From: a virus
Strand: one strand, 5' to 3'
Virus record (IMG/VR): IMGVR_UViG_3300040801_003310
Span: 6,657-70,656 of that record
Length of the DNA stretch: 64,000 nt
Of the stretch, positions 25,904 to 36,079 are shown piece by piece. Within the stretch, counting starts at the first letter, position 1; every line of letters begins with the position of its first letter. A program made the translations under genes and the position numbers. The notes beneath the pieces are model-generated. The model saw only the letters and a list, made by a program, of their open reading frames with translations. It ran no database searches and was not told the DNA's origin.

Positions 25904-28662
25904 TGTGTTACGCCCTCATAATGCGCAGGATCATTCATTAAGTTCCTTGCTATCAATGAATGTAATTCGTTCCGTGTAGTAAACTTTCCATGAATGTTTT
26001 CATACTCGACACCCTTCTGTATTGCTGCCCGTATGCTCGATTCATCAGTATTATGCAACATAGCTAATCGTTGAGCAAGTTCGCTGGCTTTTGTCGGATC
26101 TAAATTTATCTTTTTAGTTCTAGGCGCATTTTTTGCCTGCAACTCTTTAATCTTCTTTACTAATTGTTGCTTTGTCATTGATCCTGATGCAAACAAAGCA
26201 AACAGACGAAGTGCTTCTTCTGTGCGTTGTCCTTTAGACTTTAGACCAGACGATGCTAACTTGTAGAGTTTCTTTGCGTAGTCTTTCTTATATGCTTCTG
26301 GGTTGGCAGCTACAGCATAAGCAACTATGAAACGATTAATCATTGGTACGATATCCGATTCCCATCTTTGTAGATATGCTGCACCACCTGCCATTCGGAA
26401 CTCAATTCTATTAGACTTTAAACCAATTGACGTATATTTTCCAAAGTCAAGTCGATCTCCCAAGTTATGCATTAAGGTTTTATCAAGTTTACGACGAACT
26501 TGTTCAATAAATTCTATGAACCCTTTTGCTCCTGAGCCGCCACCTGCTGCAACACTTAAAATATTATCCATTTGTTGAACTGCACTAATTGCATAAGTGT
26601 TTAGTTCTCGGCCAAACTTTTTAAGTAAGTATTGATCACCAACCATTAATACTAATTTAGGGTAATCTAAACTATTGTGATCTACACCTTGTAAACTAAC
26701 GTTAATGTGTAATCCGCAAGATGGAGTTGTATATGCGCCGTTGCTAACAAGATACTTAACAGTTTCTGAAAACTGCTCCATTGCGTCAGTGTATTCAAGT
26801 GCTGGCGAAACTATCTCAAAGCCAGCATCGCCATCTTCGGGAATTATAGAGGTATCTTCCTCAATGTTCCATTCACTGCGATGACCACTATCATCGGATT
26901 GACCACTGTGATAATCGCCAGTGGCTACAATATCAAGTCCAGCTTCGTTATACAAATCGCTTGCAATTTTTTCAGCAAGATCTGCATCATATACTTCGTC
27001 AGTTAACGAACCGCCTGGCCAATACAAGTCGTCACTATAGTCAAAGAATAGATCTTGCATGTTCTCATAACCTTTATGATTTTTGAGCCATGCTGCAACA
27101 GTCCATTGACTATCATCCCAGGCTAATTCATTTTCGTAAAAATCGGTTAGATAGAAATCTAACATAGCATCGTTAAATGTATCGTTCTCTTCTACAAACA
27201 AACGATGGTATGTTTGTGATTCGTCGGACAAATCATCAACAATATCTCCCCACTCTAATGCACTACCAAACTTCTCAAATGATTCTTGCGCTTTGTCGAT
27301 TATTACTTGTGCTTCACTTCGATCCATGTCATGGTAGTCGACTAAGAAATCTAATTTTTGCTCAACATCTTGTCCTGGTGTCGCCTTGGCTGATTCAGTT
27401 TTTTCGGATGTCCACTCAGCTGACTCATCTTGCAACCACTCTTCGTAATCATTTCGCAGACCTCTAAAATCTGCTTCGTCGTTGTGCGAAAAGAAACTTT
27501 CAATATCTTCCCAAGTAGTAGATATAGTAATTTCTCCACCGGTATCTGATTCAAAATCGGTTTTGTTTCGGGGCCAACAAACTTCTAACTCAACACCAAT
27601 TATTGGCATTGATGTTTTAACCAATTTCCCAACTTCGCCCTTAAGGAAGCCAGGAGACATATTCAATTCAAATAGCTCATCGATTGACTCTCGTAAAAGA
27701 GGAGGACGGCCATCTTTGTCTACAGTAAATCCAACCTTGCCTGCTTCAATTTTAATCTGATCTACACCAACATCATCGGTTGTGTTTACTCCTTTAACGA
27801 TGCGACCATCTTCGACCAATTTTGTGGCTGCTGCATAAACAGCGTTAAACGAATACTTGTCAAATAAACCAGAGTTGTGTTTATACATTGACTTAATTGA
27901 TTCACTAATTTGTTTTGAATTGTCGAGATAATTAAATTCTTGTATATCTGTATTTTCTAAACTTAGTATCTTATCTTCGTGGTCGTATTTCTTATCCCAA
28001 AGTTTCTTAAACAGTCCTTGTTTACGAAGCATTTTAAATGCTAAGTTTTCTGGGCTAAACTCACCACCTTGAGCTAGACCAGCGCGGCGATATCTCTTTA
28101 AAACATCTAGCACGTTTTTCAGGTACACGAGGTCATCTGCAGCCAACGCTTGCAATGATAACTGGCGCAATTTTTCATACTTTAATTTTGTTGCAATATC
28201 ATCTAAGTTTGCTCGTCGCTTGGTGGGTATTTTATTCCAGTCGTTGCGATTAACAGAATATTCACCTAAACTTGAATGTGGCTGTCTGACATCTTGTACA
28301 TAGACCTCAACGTCGTATCCTTTAATTTTGATGTCATGTTGATCATTGTATTGATACTTTTTAGCGTCAAACAATTCTCGATAAACTTCGTCTTGACTTA
28401 ATTGATTAAAATCTACTACTAAATGTAAATCGATATCAGAATATGGTGTATATGAATAAGCAGCATTAGACCCAGATATTGTTATATCAACCAATGCTAA
28501 ATTAGATATGCCAATGAATTCGATAAAATCTTGAGCTATCTCTAATAACTTTGCTCGAACAGGAGGGCGCATTTCATCCCCAACAAATAACTGAGGATTT
28601 AGTTCTGAATGAAAATTTATTGCATCAGAGAGATTATACGAATCTAATTCATTGATATTCAT
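25900..28662 (-). CDS. Pol-beta-type nucleotidyltransferase fused to a COOH-NH2 ligase (amidoligase)
   Basis: N-terminal GSNAAYSYTPYSDIDLH...VEVYVQD; C-terminal IGVELE, EEDTSI, FEIVSP, CGLHIN, KYTSI, RIEFR. Confidence 0.8.
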   Translation of the reverse strand: MNINELDSYNLSDAINFHSELNPQLFVGDEMRPPVRAKLLEIAQDFIEFIGISNLALVDITISGSNAAYSYTPYSDIDLHLVVDFNQLSQDEVYRELFDAKKYQYNDQHDIKIKGYDVEVYVQDVRQPHSSLGEYSVNRNDWNKIPTKRRANLDDIATKLKYEKLRQLSLQALAADDLVYLKNVLDVLKRYRRAGLAQGGEFSPENLAFKMLRKQGLFKKLWDKKYDHEDKILSLENTDIQEFNYLDNSKQISESIKSMYKHNSGLFDKYSFNAVYAAATKLVEDGRIVKGVNTTDDVGVDQIKIEAGKVGFTVDKDGRPPLLRESIDELFELNMSPGFLKGEVGKLVKTSMPIIGVELEVCWPRNKTDFESDTGGEITISTTWEDIESFFSHNDEADFRGLRNDYEEWLQDESAEWTSEKTESAKATPGQDVEQKLDFLVDYHDMDRSEAQVIIDKAQESFEKFGSALEWGDIVDDLSDESQTYHRLFVEENDTFNDAMLDFYLTDFYENELAWDDSQWTVAAWLKNHKGYENMQDLFFDYSDDLYWPGGSLTDEVYDADLAEKIASDLYNEAGLDIVATGDYHSGQSDDSGHRSEWNIEEDTSIIPEDGDAGFEIVSPALEYTDAMEQFSETVKYLVSNGAYTTPSCGLHINVSLQGVDHNSLDYPKLVLMVGDQYLLKKFGRELNTYAISAVQQMDNILSVAAGGGSGAKGFIEFIEQVRRKLDKTLMHNLGDRLDFGKYTSIGLKSNRIEFRMAGGAAYLQRWESDIVPMINRFIVAYAVAANPEAYKKDYAKKLYKLASSGLKSKGQRTEEALRLFALFASGSMTKQQLVKKIKELQAKNAPRTKKINLDPTKASELAQRLAMLHNTDESSIRAAIQKGVEYENIHGKFTTRNELHSLIARNLMNDPAHYEGVTQ

Positions 28663-28725
28663 GGTTGATCCTTCATAAGCATATTTATGAAGTTTCAGGT
28701 TAGAATATACGAATAAAGTGTATAG

Positions 28726-29424
28726 TTATCTTTTATAGCGGAATTCGTGAAGACGTACTTTTGCTTCTAATAACCTAGCTTTTCTCAAAACTGTGGCGGC
28801 TCGATCTTCAAGCAACCATGAGCGTTGCTTGCTCAAACGCAATATAGTTTCAATTAGTGATAGACGTTTATCAAATAATGGTTTTAGTTTTTTCCCTTGC
28901 GGACCATACAAATCAATTAGTAATGCTGTGCGCCCTTTATCGTCGGATTTTAGATACAGTGCCCGAATTTCGGACGCCGAACGAACTGATCTACCACCAA
29001 GCGAAAAATCTAATGTTGGTAAAAGATAAACGTATCCATGCTGTGATAACGGTTTGAGTTTCTTGGATAACGGTTGCATGTACGACGGTGAACCATCTTT
29101 TTTTGGTGCGAATGAAAACCGTTCGGCATCTTTTTCACTAACTGCAAATACAATTGCAGTTTGGTCCGGATCAACGTGATCGGTAATTTCACGCGGCATA
29201 TATGGGTTTTTTACTTCGACAATTTTATCGCCAGGGATTCCAAGCAATTCCATCATTTTCTTCTTTTCTTCGAACGAAAACGGTGAAGATACCGGGGCCT
29301 GTTTCCCAGAAGATACCACGTATACATTTTCATCACCAAACTTTTTAGTTAGTGCTTCGTAGACAGATCGGTGACCTTTATGAAAAGGATGGAATCTTCC
29401 GCCATAAATTACAATAGTACGCAT
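28726..29424 (-). CDS. HIGH-motif cytidylyltransferase/NMNAT-like nucleotidyltransferase
   Basis: YGGRFHPFHKGH, SPFSFEEK, RSASEIR. Confidence 0.8.
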   Translation of the reverse strand: MRTIVIYGGRFHPFHKGHRSVYEALTKKFGDENVYVVSSGKQAPVSSPFSFEEKKKMMELLGIPGDKIVEVKNPYMPREITDHVDPDQTAIVFAVSEKDAERFSFAPKKDGSPSYMQPLSKKLKPLSQHGYVYLLPTLDFSLGGRSVRSASEIRALYLKSDDKGRTALLIDLYGPQGKKLKPLFDKRLSLIETILRLSKQRSWLLEDRAATVLRKARLLEAKVRLHEFRYKR

Positions 29425-29433
29425 GTAATTTAT

Positions 29434-29745
29434 TTATTCTTTCTTGAAATCAATTACTGTGGCTTTTGATACCGGAGCCGGTTCGTTAAGTCCGTTTAAT
29501 GCCTTTTGGAATTGAGAAAAGCCGGACCAAAATTCTACTACCATAGCATTGTATCGATTGATACCGCTTGGGTGTTTATTAAGTTCTTGGTCGAGTCTCC
29601 ACTGTCGCCTGCGGGCTAAGATTTGCTTTTCTTCGTCGAGTGTAGAAAAGTATTCTTCTAATATTTCTTTTTTTCTTGCTTCAAATGCAGTTGGATTATC
29701 TTTTGCTAACAATACCAGTTCGTCAAAGTAATCCAGTATGTTCAT
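29434..29745 (-). CDS. DUF3135-like hypothetical protein
   Basis: FDELVLLAKDNPTAFEARKKEIL...QWRLD; C-terminal ATVIDFK. Confidence 0.55.
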   Translation of the reverse strand: MNILDYFDELVLLAKDNPTAFEARKKEILEEYFSTLDEEKQILARRRQWRLDQELNKHPSGINRYNAMVVEFWSGFSQFQKALNGLNEPAPVSKATVIDFKKE

Positions 29746-29747
29746 GT

Positions 29748-30113
29748 TTAATAGCTCAATACAACTTTTGTAATACTGCCTGAGAGGAATCCCTCAACTC
29801 GTACACGAATCCACGTAAAGTTTCCTTCGATGTTCTCTACCTCATTTTCAGTCAATGGACTGATGGATCCATCTATCATTCCGATAGAAAACCACGATGC
29901 ATTGTTATTGTCAGAATCAAGAGTAGCTTCTAAATGCAGAATTCCTTCAAAGTTATTTAAAAACCAAGCAATGGTTTGAAGCCCTTTATCTTTTGTATAA
30001 TACGCGGCTGCTTTACTCGGTATTCCTGCGAAATCTGTACTTACGCCGTCGTAATTCTCAGATGCAACGCCATGTGTTGTTTCGGGCAAAATTGTATATG
30101 ATGAAGTTTTCAT
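29748..30113 (-). CDS. Hypothetical virion-type protein
   Basis: Beta-rich, EATL...WF...GNFTWIRV; perfect TATAAATA 5 nt upstream. Confidence 0.7.
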   Translation of the reverse strand: MKTSSYTILPETTHGVASENYDGVSTDFAGIPSKAAAYYTKDKGLQTIAWFLNNFEGILHLEATLDSDNNNASWFSIGMIDGSISPLTENEVENIEGNFTWIRVRVEGFLSGSITKVVLSY

Positions 30114-30117
30114 AGCA

Positions 30118-30867
30118 TTATTTATATGGAATTATTTCTAATATCTCCCCAATCACCCCGGGGGCTAGCATAGAAAGCATAATTTCTAGTTTTTCGTCAT
30201 TTACATTTATATAGTGGTGGGCTTCTAGATGATGTCCCGATACAAACTTATAACGTGACGGCGCTTTTGACAGATAAACTTTTAGCGATGGGCTAACTTC
30301 AATTTGCCCTTCGTAGGTTTCTATAAATGACCTTAGCCCAGCTATTACACTTCCGGTGCATAGCTTATGCCGCATTTTAATTCTATATTTGTAATCCGTG
30401 GATTTGCGTTTAATTGTCCCTTTTGGACGATCAATGACGCATTTTGTAATAACCAGTGGATCCCTAATCAACCTTCTATTAATATGGGGGAATTCTTCAT
30501 ACATTTTTAGCAGGTCGTTTACAACGGACAGATCGTTAATGTAAACAACCGCCATCTTAGAAGTAATGCTCACCAAACGATCGGGATAAGACGAGAGTAT
30601 ATCGAATACCCTTGTGGTCGAATCGATGTTTATTTCGGACCAATAATCAGGATCAACAATCCGCGGCGCTGTTTTATTGAGTTTCGCTCGCTTATGGAAC
30701 ATCGTTGGAATATTTTCTCGCAACAAAGTACGATTGCTTATTCCTCGCAACAGAATAGCAGTCGGTAGATAAAACTCTACCGAATACTCATACTTGTCGT
30801 AAAAAAATCGATCCCTTTTCTTAATTCTTGGGTTTAAATTGATCGAGGACAATATATCCATTTCCAT
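30118..30867 (-). CDS. Hypothetical protein
   Basis: 249 aa, overlaps the clpA 3' end. Confidence 0.7.
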   Translation of the reverse strand: MEMDILSSINLNPRIKKRDRFFYDKYEYSVEFYLPTAILLRGISNRTLLRENIPTMFHKRAKLNKTAPRIVDPDYWSEINIDSTTRVFDILSSYPDRLVSITSKMAVVYINDLSVVNDLLKMYEEFPHINRRLIRDPLVITKCVIDRPKGTIKRKSTDYKYRIKMRHKLCTGSVIAGLRSFIETYEGQIEVSPSLKVYLSKAPSRYKFVSGHHLEAHHYINVNDEKLEIMLSMLAPGVIGEILEIIPYK

Positions 30868-33145
30868 TATCGTTCTCTACTTCTGAAGAATTATGAGTCG
30901 GTGTAGTGTTTAACTGCAAAACATCTTCATTGAATGTAATATTGGTACCATCATAACTTACACGAATAGTTTTGTCGGTTAACGATTCAAATAACATTTT
31001 TTCAGCTAGTGGGACTTTAATTAGCTCGTCGATTTTACGGGCAAGTGGTCTTGCACCCATTTTACTATCATAGCCAACATCCACTAAGTGATCAAAAACA
31101 GATTCATCAACTTTGATTTTAATGTTCTTGCTTTTTAGTTTATTTTTCAAATCATTGATAAACTTGGCAATTACCTTTTTAATTGTGAATTCATCTAGTT
31201 TACCAAACTTAACAATTGAGTCGATTCGGTTTCGAAGCTCTGGTGCAAAGAACTCTTTAATTGCTTTATCTTCTTCCCCGGTTCGTTGTAAATCATTACT
31301 AAAACCAATTTGGTTCTGCTCATTTGCGCGAGCGCCAAGGTTCGTTGTCATAATGATAATGCAATTGCGCAAAGAAACAGTTTTCCCGGACGACGAAGTA
31401 ATATGTCCTTCATCTAATGCTTGAAGCATGATGTTAGAAACATCTGGGTGGGCTTTTTCGATTTCATCTAATAGTAAAATCGAATATGGGTTTTTGCTAA
31501 GTGCCGAGATTAGTTTCCCGCCACCGAGTGCGCCCTCATCAAACCCAACATACCCTGGCGGTGCACCAATTAGTGTCGAAACTGTATGTCTCTCGTGATA
31601 CTCGCTCATATCAAACCGTACGAGTTCCATATCTAACAGATCTGATAACAACTTAGCCAATTCTGTTTTACCGACACCAGTTGGTCCAGTGAACAGGAAA
31701 GATGCAACCGGTTTATTGTCTGATCCTAATCCTGCAAAACTAATGTTAATGCGTTTAGTGACAGCATCTACCGCAGCATCTTGACCATATAGTTTTGATT
31801 TGATGTTAATATTTAGATCTTGAACTTTCTTGCTGTTTTCATTGCGAAGACGTTCGGTTGGGATTTTTGTTGACTTGCTTACCTGTACAACAATCTTGTT
31901 AGCATCAATGATAGCACCGATGTTGTCGAGCGCCCTTTCGGCTGCGCAAGCAGCGTCGAGAATATCTATGGATTTGTCTGGGTTCATTCGATCGTGAATA
32001 TACCTGGAGCTCAAATCAACCGATGTAATAATTGCGTCAGTATTGATGTTTACATTATGAAACTCTTCAAGACGCTTTGCAACACCAGTTAAGATTTTTA
32101 TTGTGGTGTCGTGATCTGGTTCGTCAATAATTAATTTATAGAACCGTCGCATTAATGCTTTATCTTTCTCAAAGCTCTCGTAATACTCATCCCACGTGGT
32201 GTTAGTAATAACCTTAATTTTCCCACGAGTGATTGCTGGCTTCAACATATTAGAAAAGTCAAGCGAACCACCACTTGCTGAAGAGCCAGCACCTTGCATG
32301 GTATGTCCTTCATCAATGAACAATATACCGTTGCCCATCGACTCCAACGATTGAATTACTTTTTTAAACTTTTCTTCGAAGTCGCCTCGATATTTGCTTC
32401 CGGCAAGCATTGAACCAATTTCGAGGCTCCATACAATATGGTCGTCGAGGAAGGCGGGGACATCTTTTGCTACAATTTTTTGTGCCAGACCTTCAGCAAT
32501 TGCTGTTTTACCGACACCCGGATCCCCAATCATTAAGACGTTTGATTTGAACTTTTTAGCAAGAATGTCAATTGCATCACGAATTTCTTGCGAGCGTCCA
32601 ATCAATGGTTCTAGTTTACCTTCCTCGGCGAGTTTATTCAAATTCATGCAAAACTCTTCCAACACTTCGCTAGCTTGCTCGTTGGTAAGTTTTGTTTCAC
32701 CTTGCTGATAGTTTTCATTCCAATACTTTGCAAAGTCTTCACGATCATCTAACCCATACTTTAACATAAAGTAGTATGCATGGGTATTAGTTTCGGAGGT
32801 AATTGAAAGGAAAAGATCTGCGGTTGTGACATATCGCCGACCAGAAAACAAAACTTGGGTCACTGCCCGATTAAAAACCCTCTCAAGAGTGTTAGTGCGT
32901 TTTGGTTGATATTTTGGATCATTTGGCGGCGTTGTTAAGAGACTAGTTAGGTATTCTTCTATATCTTTGATCATCTCATCGACGTCAATACCATAACTCT
33001 GCAATACTTTATAAAACGGTTCGTAGCTAACCAGTGCCAAAAACAGGTGTTCGACTAATACGTATTCGTGTTTTTGTTTCTTTGCAACAGCAATAGCGTA
33101 ATCGGTAATTTGTTCGATCTCTGGATTAATTTGCATATTGTTCAA
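30821..33145 (-). CDS. clpA: ATP-dependent Clp protease ATPase subunit (ClpA-like)
   Basis: HEYVLVEHL N-domain; Walker A GDPGVGKT and GPTGVGKT; RFDMSEY, GAPPGYVG, LLDEIEKAH, GARPL. Confidence 0.93.
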   Translation of the reverse strand: MNNMQINPEIEQITDYAIAVAKKQKHEYVLVEHLFLALVSYEPFYKVLQSYGIDVDEMIKDIEEYLTSLLTTPPNDPKYQPKRTNTLERVFNRAVTQVLFSGRRYVTTADLFLSITSETNTHAYYFMLKYGLDDREDFAKYWNENYQQGETKLTNEQASEVLEEFCMNLNKLAEEGKLEPLIGRSQEIRDAIDILAKKFKSNVLMIGDPGVGKTAIAEGLAQKIVAKDVPAFLDDHIVWSLEIGSMLAGSKYRGDFEEKFKKVIQSLESMGNGILFIDEGHTMQGAGSSASGGSLDFSNMLKPAITRGKIKVITNTTWDEYYESFEKDKALMRRFYKLIIDEPDHDTTIKILTGVAKRLEEFHNVNINTDAIITSVDLSSRYIHDRMNPDKSIDILDAACAAERALDNIGAIIDANKIVVQVSKSTKIPTERLRNENSKKVQDLNINIKSKLYGQDAAVDAVTKRINISFAGLGSDNKPVASFLFTGPTGVGKTELAKLLSDLLDMELVRFDMSEYHERHTVSTLIGAPPGYVGFDEGALGGGKLISALSKNPYSILLLDEIEKAHPDVSNIMLQALDEGHITSSSGKTVSLRNCIIIMTTNLGARANEQNQIGFSNDLQRTGEEDKAIKEFFAPELRNRIDSIVKFGKLDEFTIKKVIAKFINDLKNKLKSKNIKIKVDESVFDHLVDVGYDSKMGARPLARKIDELIKVPLAEKMLFESLTDKTIRVSYDGTNITFNEDVLQLNTTPTHNSSEVENDNGNGYIVLDQFKPKN

Positions 33146-33311
33146 TTTCCTGTTCCTTTTTCTTTCCGGTTAACTGGACAACGGGCGATCCGTTGCTATC
33201 AATTAAATGATGGAAATTTGCTCCATCACCATGGATTGTATACGTTAAGTGAATAATAGTATCTTTTGATGAAGAAGTAAACGATTTTGGTCTGTTTGTT
33301 ATTTTGGACAT
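33126..33311 (-). CDS. Hypothetical protein
   Basis: 61 aa, 8 nt after TAAATA. Confidence 0.5.
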   Translation of the reverse strand: MSKITNRPKSFTSSSKDTIIHLTYTIHGDGANFHHLIDSNGSPVVQLTGKKKEQEIEQYAN

Positions 33312-33322
33312 ATTAAAAATAT

Positions 33323-34069
33323 TTAGCCCCGAATTTCCTTTATTTGAGTTAAAAGGTCATCTGGAATATCCGTCGGAATGGTTGCTTCCACTTTTACGAA
33401 CATATCGCCTTTGTGCAGGTAATTTTGGCGAGAATGTGCTCCGTGGCTTTTGAGTCGCAATTTTGTTCCCGGTTGCGTCATTGGAGGGATTGTGACTCGA
33501 ACCTTGGTTCCATGGATGGTTGGAACATCTCTGGTGGTTCCAATTATTAAGTCCCAAATACTAAACTTTTCGATTCTTGTTAGGTTTAACCCATCCATTG
33601 ACCAAACAGCGTCATTTTGAATGTGAAATGTGACTAAAACGTCTATTGATGCAAGCAACAATCGCGGATAGTTAATCGTTTCGCCATTTCCAACACCGGG
33701 CGGAACATCCACTTCAATATTGTAAAACTCGGCATGATTGGCTAATTGTATTAGTAAAGTGTATTGCCCGCCGTTGACTGCTTTTTGGATAGATATGTCT
33801 GCATCAATGTTAATATATCTAGATGGTCGACGATCATGGAACCACCCTTTGCCGCTATAGATATTTTCACTCCGGACCGTTCGTTCATATTGAGAATCGG
33901 TCATTGGTGGCAAATCTTTTATTTTTTCGTAGGCTTCTTTTAGTTGTTTAAACTTTTCAGCATCGCCACCTTTGTCAGGGTGGTGCTTAGATCTTAATTT
34001 TTTCCACGCGGTTTCACGTTCTTCTTTTGTAGACGACGGAGAAATTCCTAATAGCTTATATTCATTCAT
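33323..34069 (-). CDS. dnaJ: DnaJ/CbpA-like co-chaperone
   Basis: J domain with HHPDKGG; C-terminal TQPGTKLRL...GDMFVKV; no Zn finger. Confidence 0.88.
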   Translation of the reverse strand: MNEYKLLGISPSSTKEERETAWKKLRSKHHPDKGGDAEKFKQLKEAYEKIKDLPPMTDSQYERTVRSENIYSGKGWFHDRRPSRYINIDADISIQKAVNGGQYTLLIQLANHAEFYNIEVDVPPGVGNGETINYPRLLLASIDVLVTFHIQNDAVWSMDGLNLTRIEKFSIWDLIIGTTRDVPTIHGTKVRVTIPPMTQPGTKLRLKSHGAHSRQNYLHKGDMFVKVEATIPTDIPDDLLTQIKEIRG

Positions 34070-34781
34070 ACCGTTTTAGCGTCTTAAATGTATCGCGATC
34101 TCTTAGCATTTGAAATGCTGCCCAATGGGCTTCTTCTAGCGGGTGCCAATAATCGCTAATTGGATAATTGTTATCTTTGGACCAATGATAGAACCCAACG
34201 CCATCAAACCATACGATTTTATCTTTAAAGATATTTTGAAGCTCTTTAATTATAAGCAAGGATGAATGCCAGGGGTCCTTATATATTAACTCGTCAATGC
34301 AGGTGATGATGTATTTGTACTGATTTAGCTCAAGGAAACTTATAATCCCATTAATAACTTTTAATGATTCTACCTGGTCCCAATTTGAAGATTGTATATT
34401 TTTATAATACAATTCAAATAACGGATCGGACTCTGTTCCTGATGGACGTACCGTTGACCATTGCTTTGTAGTATCATTTAAAAAGTCATAGCGATCGCGC
34501 CAGGTGAAGTTAACTGAGATTACATCGTCTTTATCAAACAGCACGGCGGATTCAAAGAATCGACGATATATTGTTTGGTTAGAGCATCCTTCCTGAGCCA
34601 AACATTTGTAATCTAAATCTAGATAGTCTGCAAGATGCTTCTGCCAGGTGCGGCGAGAGTACATATCGCAATATTTTCTATCAGTGTTTTTATATTCTTT
34701 GAAGAATTGGTCAGACAACATGGTGTCGCCCATATCGGACCCCCATGTAAAACTATCACCAAATGCTATTAGCTTTGCCAT
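34062..34781 (-). CDS. SGNH/GDSL hydrolase-like protein
   Basis: AFGDSFTWG, GCSN, HPLEEAH. Confidence 0.7.
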   Translation of the reverse strand: MAKLIAFGDSFTWGSDMGDTMLSDQFFKEYKNTDRKYCDMYSRRTWQKHLADYLDLDYKCLAQEGCSNQTIYRRFFESAVLFDKDDVISVNFTWRDRYDFLNDTTKQWSTVRPSGTESDPLFELYYKNIQSSNWDQVESLKVINGIISFLELNQYKYIITCIDELIYKDPWHSSLLIIKELQNIFKDKIVWFDGVGFYHWSKDNNYPISDYWHPLEEAHWAAFQMLRDRDTFKTLKRYE

Positions 34782-34800
34782 TGCATAATTAATTATGCAA
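34781..34800. repeat. Perfect 20-bp palindrome
   Basis: TTGCATAATTAATTATGCAA abutting the ATG of the SGNH gene. Confidence 0.8.
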
Positions 34801-34814
34801 GTTTTATGCAGGCT

Positions 34815-35372
34815 TCAAAGAATGCCGGCCTGCGACCTTATAATATCTAACTCTGGGTCTTTGTCAAGACGTTTGGATTTTACTGGAATTCCTGCTGCTA
34901 TGCGCATCTCGTTCATCGAAGCATCGGTTTTTTCTTCATGACGTCGCCATTCTCTTGGCGACAATATCAATACATTCGATAATGTATCTTCATCAAATTT
35001 AAATTCATGATCTTTAAATGTGATCGTCCAATCGTCAACGGAATGCTCGGTGAGGGTTTCTAAATCATCCAGCAATTCTTTGATTTGTCGAACAGCTCTG
35101 GTCCGACGTTGAATTTCTAAATATACCAAATATCGGTTTGGTTTTATTTCACCAGGACTACGATCTGCATCTAGTACAAAATCATACCCTTTTTCGAACC
35201 AATTAATTAAATCATCAGCTACCTTATCTGATCGAACATAAAAACTTATGACCATAATATCATCGTCATCGCCCATCTTCGAAACAAACTCATCAATATG
35301 CAAGGTTGGTTTGATAAGGCCAACCATGTCTTTATATTGTAGTCCCTCGTTAAGCAAATGGTTGTTCGGCAT
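34815..35372 (-). CDS. Jumbo-phage hypothetical protein
   Basis: Start MPNNHLLNE/G; IDEFVSKMG, FEKGYDFVLDAD. Confidence 0.75.
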   Translation of the reverse strand: MPNNHLLNEGLQYKDMVGLIKPTLHIDEFVSKMGDDDDIMVISFYVRSDKVADDLINWFEKGYDFVLDADRSPGEIKPNRYLVYLEIQRRTRAVRQIKELLDDLETLTEHSVDDWTITFKDHEFKFDEDTLSNVLILSPREWRRHEEKTDASMNEMRIAAGIPVKSKRLDKDPELDIIRSQAGIL

Positions 35373-35940
35373 TGTCTTCGTCCTGAGTTTCAATTTCGTC
35401 AGCAAGTTCTTCGTCTGTATCATCATATGCTGATGCTTGGTCTAAGTCTTGCTCGTATGCTAAATCTAAGTCTTCAAGGTCAATATTCTGATCTTCAAGT
35501 TCTATCGAACCTTCACGAATATCGGAGATTAAATCTTTCGGCATAACAATTTCAACTAGCCATATATCTTTATCGATTAACTTGGGTTTTTTTGTTCCGC
35601 CAATGAAGTCGTCGTAATCTTGTACTTTGGTTGGCACCTTCATTTTTGTTTTCTTATAGCTAACTTTACAATCAAACGGTAATAAACGTTTCGCGCCGCG
35701 GGGATCTGGCATTAGTTCCAATGGCCACATAAATGTACAAGCTACCGAATACCTGGATATTTCGGGCCCTTCTATTAATTCCCCTAATATCCAATTCTGG
35801 AAGGCGTATATATCAAGCTCATCGATCACTCTTTCGAAATCTAGTAATGTCGCCATAGAGCCATCGCTCATATAGAGATTCTTAATAGTTTCTGCTACAC
35901 GCCAATAATCCGATGGGCCTTTAAATAAATCTTGATTCAT
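35350..35940 (-). CDS. Jumbo-phage hypothetical protein
   Basis: Start MNQDLF 5 nt after TAAATA; LLDFERVIDELDIY, MPDPRGAKRL; acidic tail. Confidence 0.75.
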   Translation of the reverse strand: MNQDLFKGPSDYWRVAETIKNLYMSDGSMATLLDFERVIDELDIYAFQNWILGELIEGPEISRYSVACTFMWPLELMPDPRGAKRLLPFDCKVSYKKTKMKVPTKVQDYDDFIGGTKKPKLIDKDIWLVEIVMPKDLISDIREGSIELEDQNIDLEDLDLAYEQDLDQASAYDDTDEELADEIETQDEDNAEQPFA

Positions 35941-36079
35941 GCAATTATTTATGACGTTATCATTTTTGATTGCGTAAGAAGTTAGCCAGATATTTAGTTT
36001 AAAAATAGCCAAAAATCAATACACACAATAGTCCTATGCCAAAATGCCTTAAATAAAATTAGTTAAGGAGACTAATACT

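Noticed and set aside
34775-34805. Palindrome as a XerCD dif site
   Set aside because: Arms are symmetric with a 4-bp centre; dif needs a 6-bp spacer and a TTATGTTAAAT-like XerD arm
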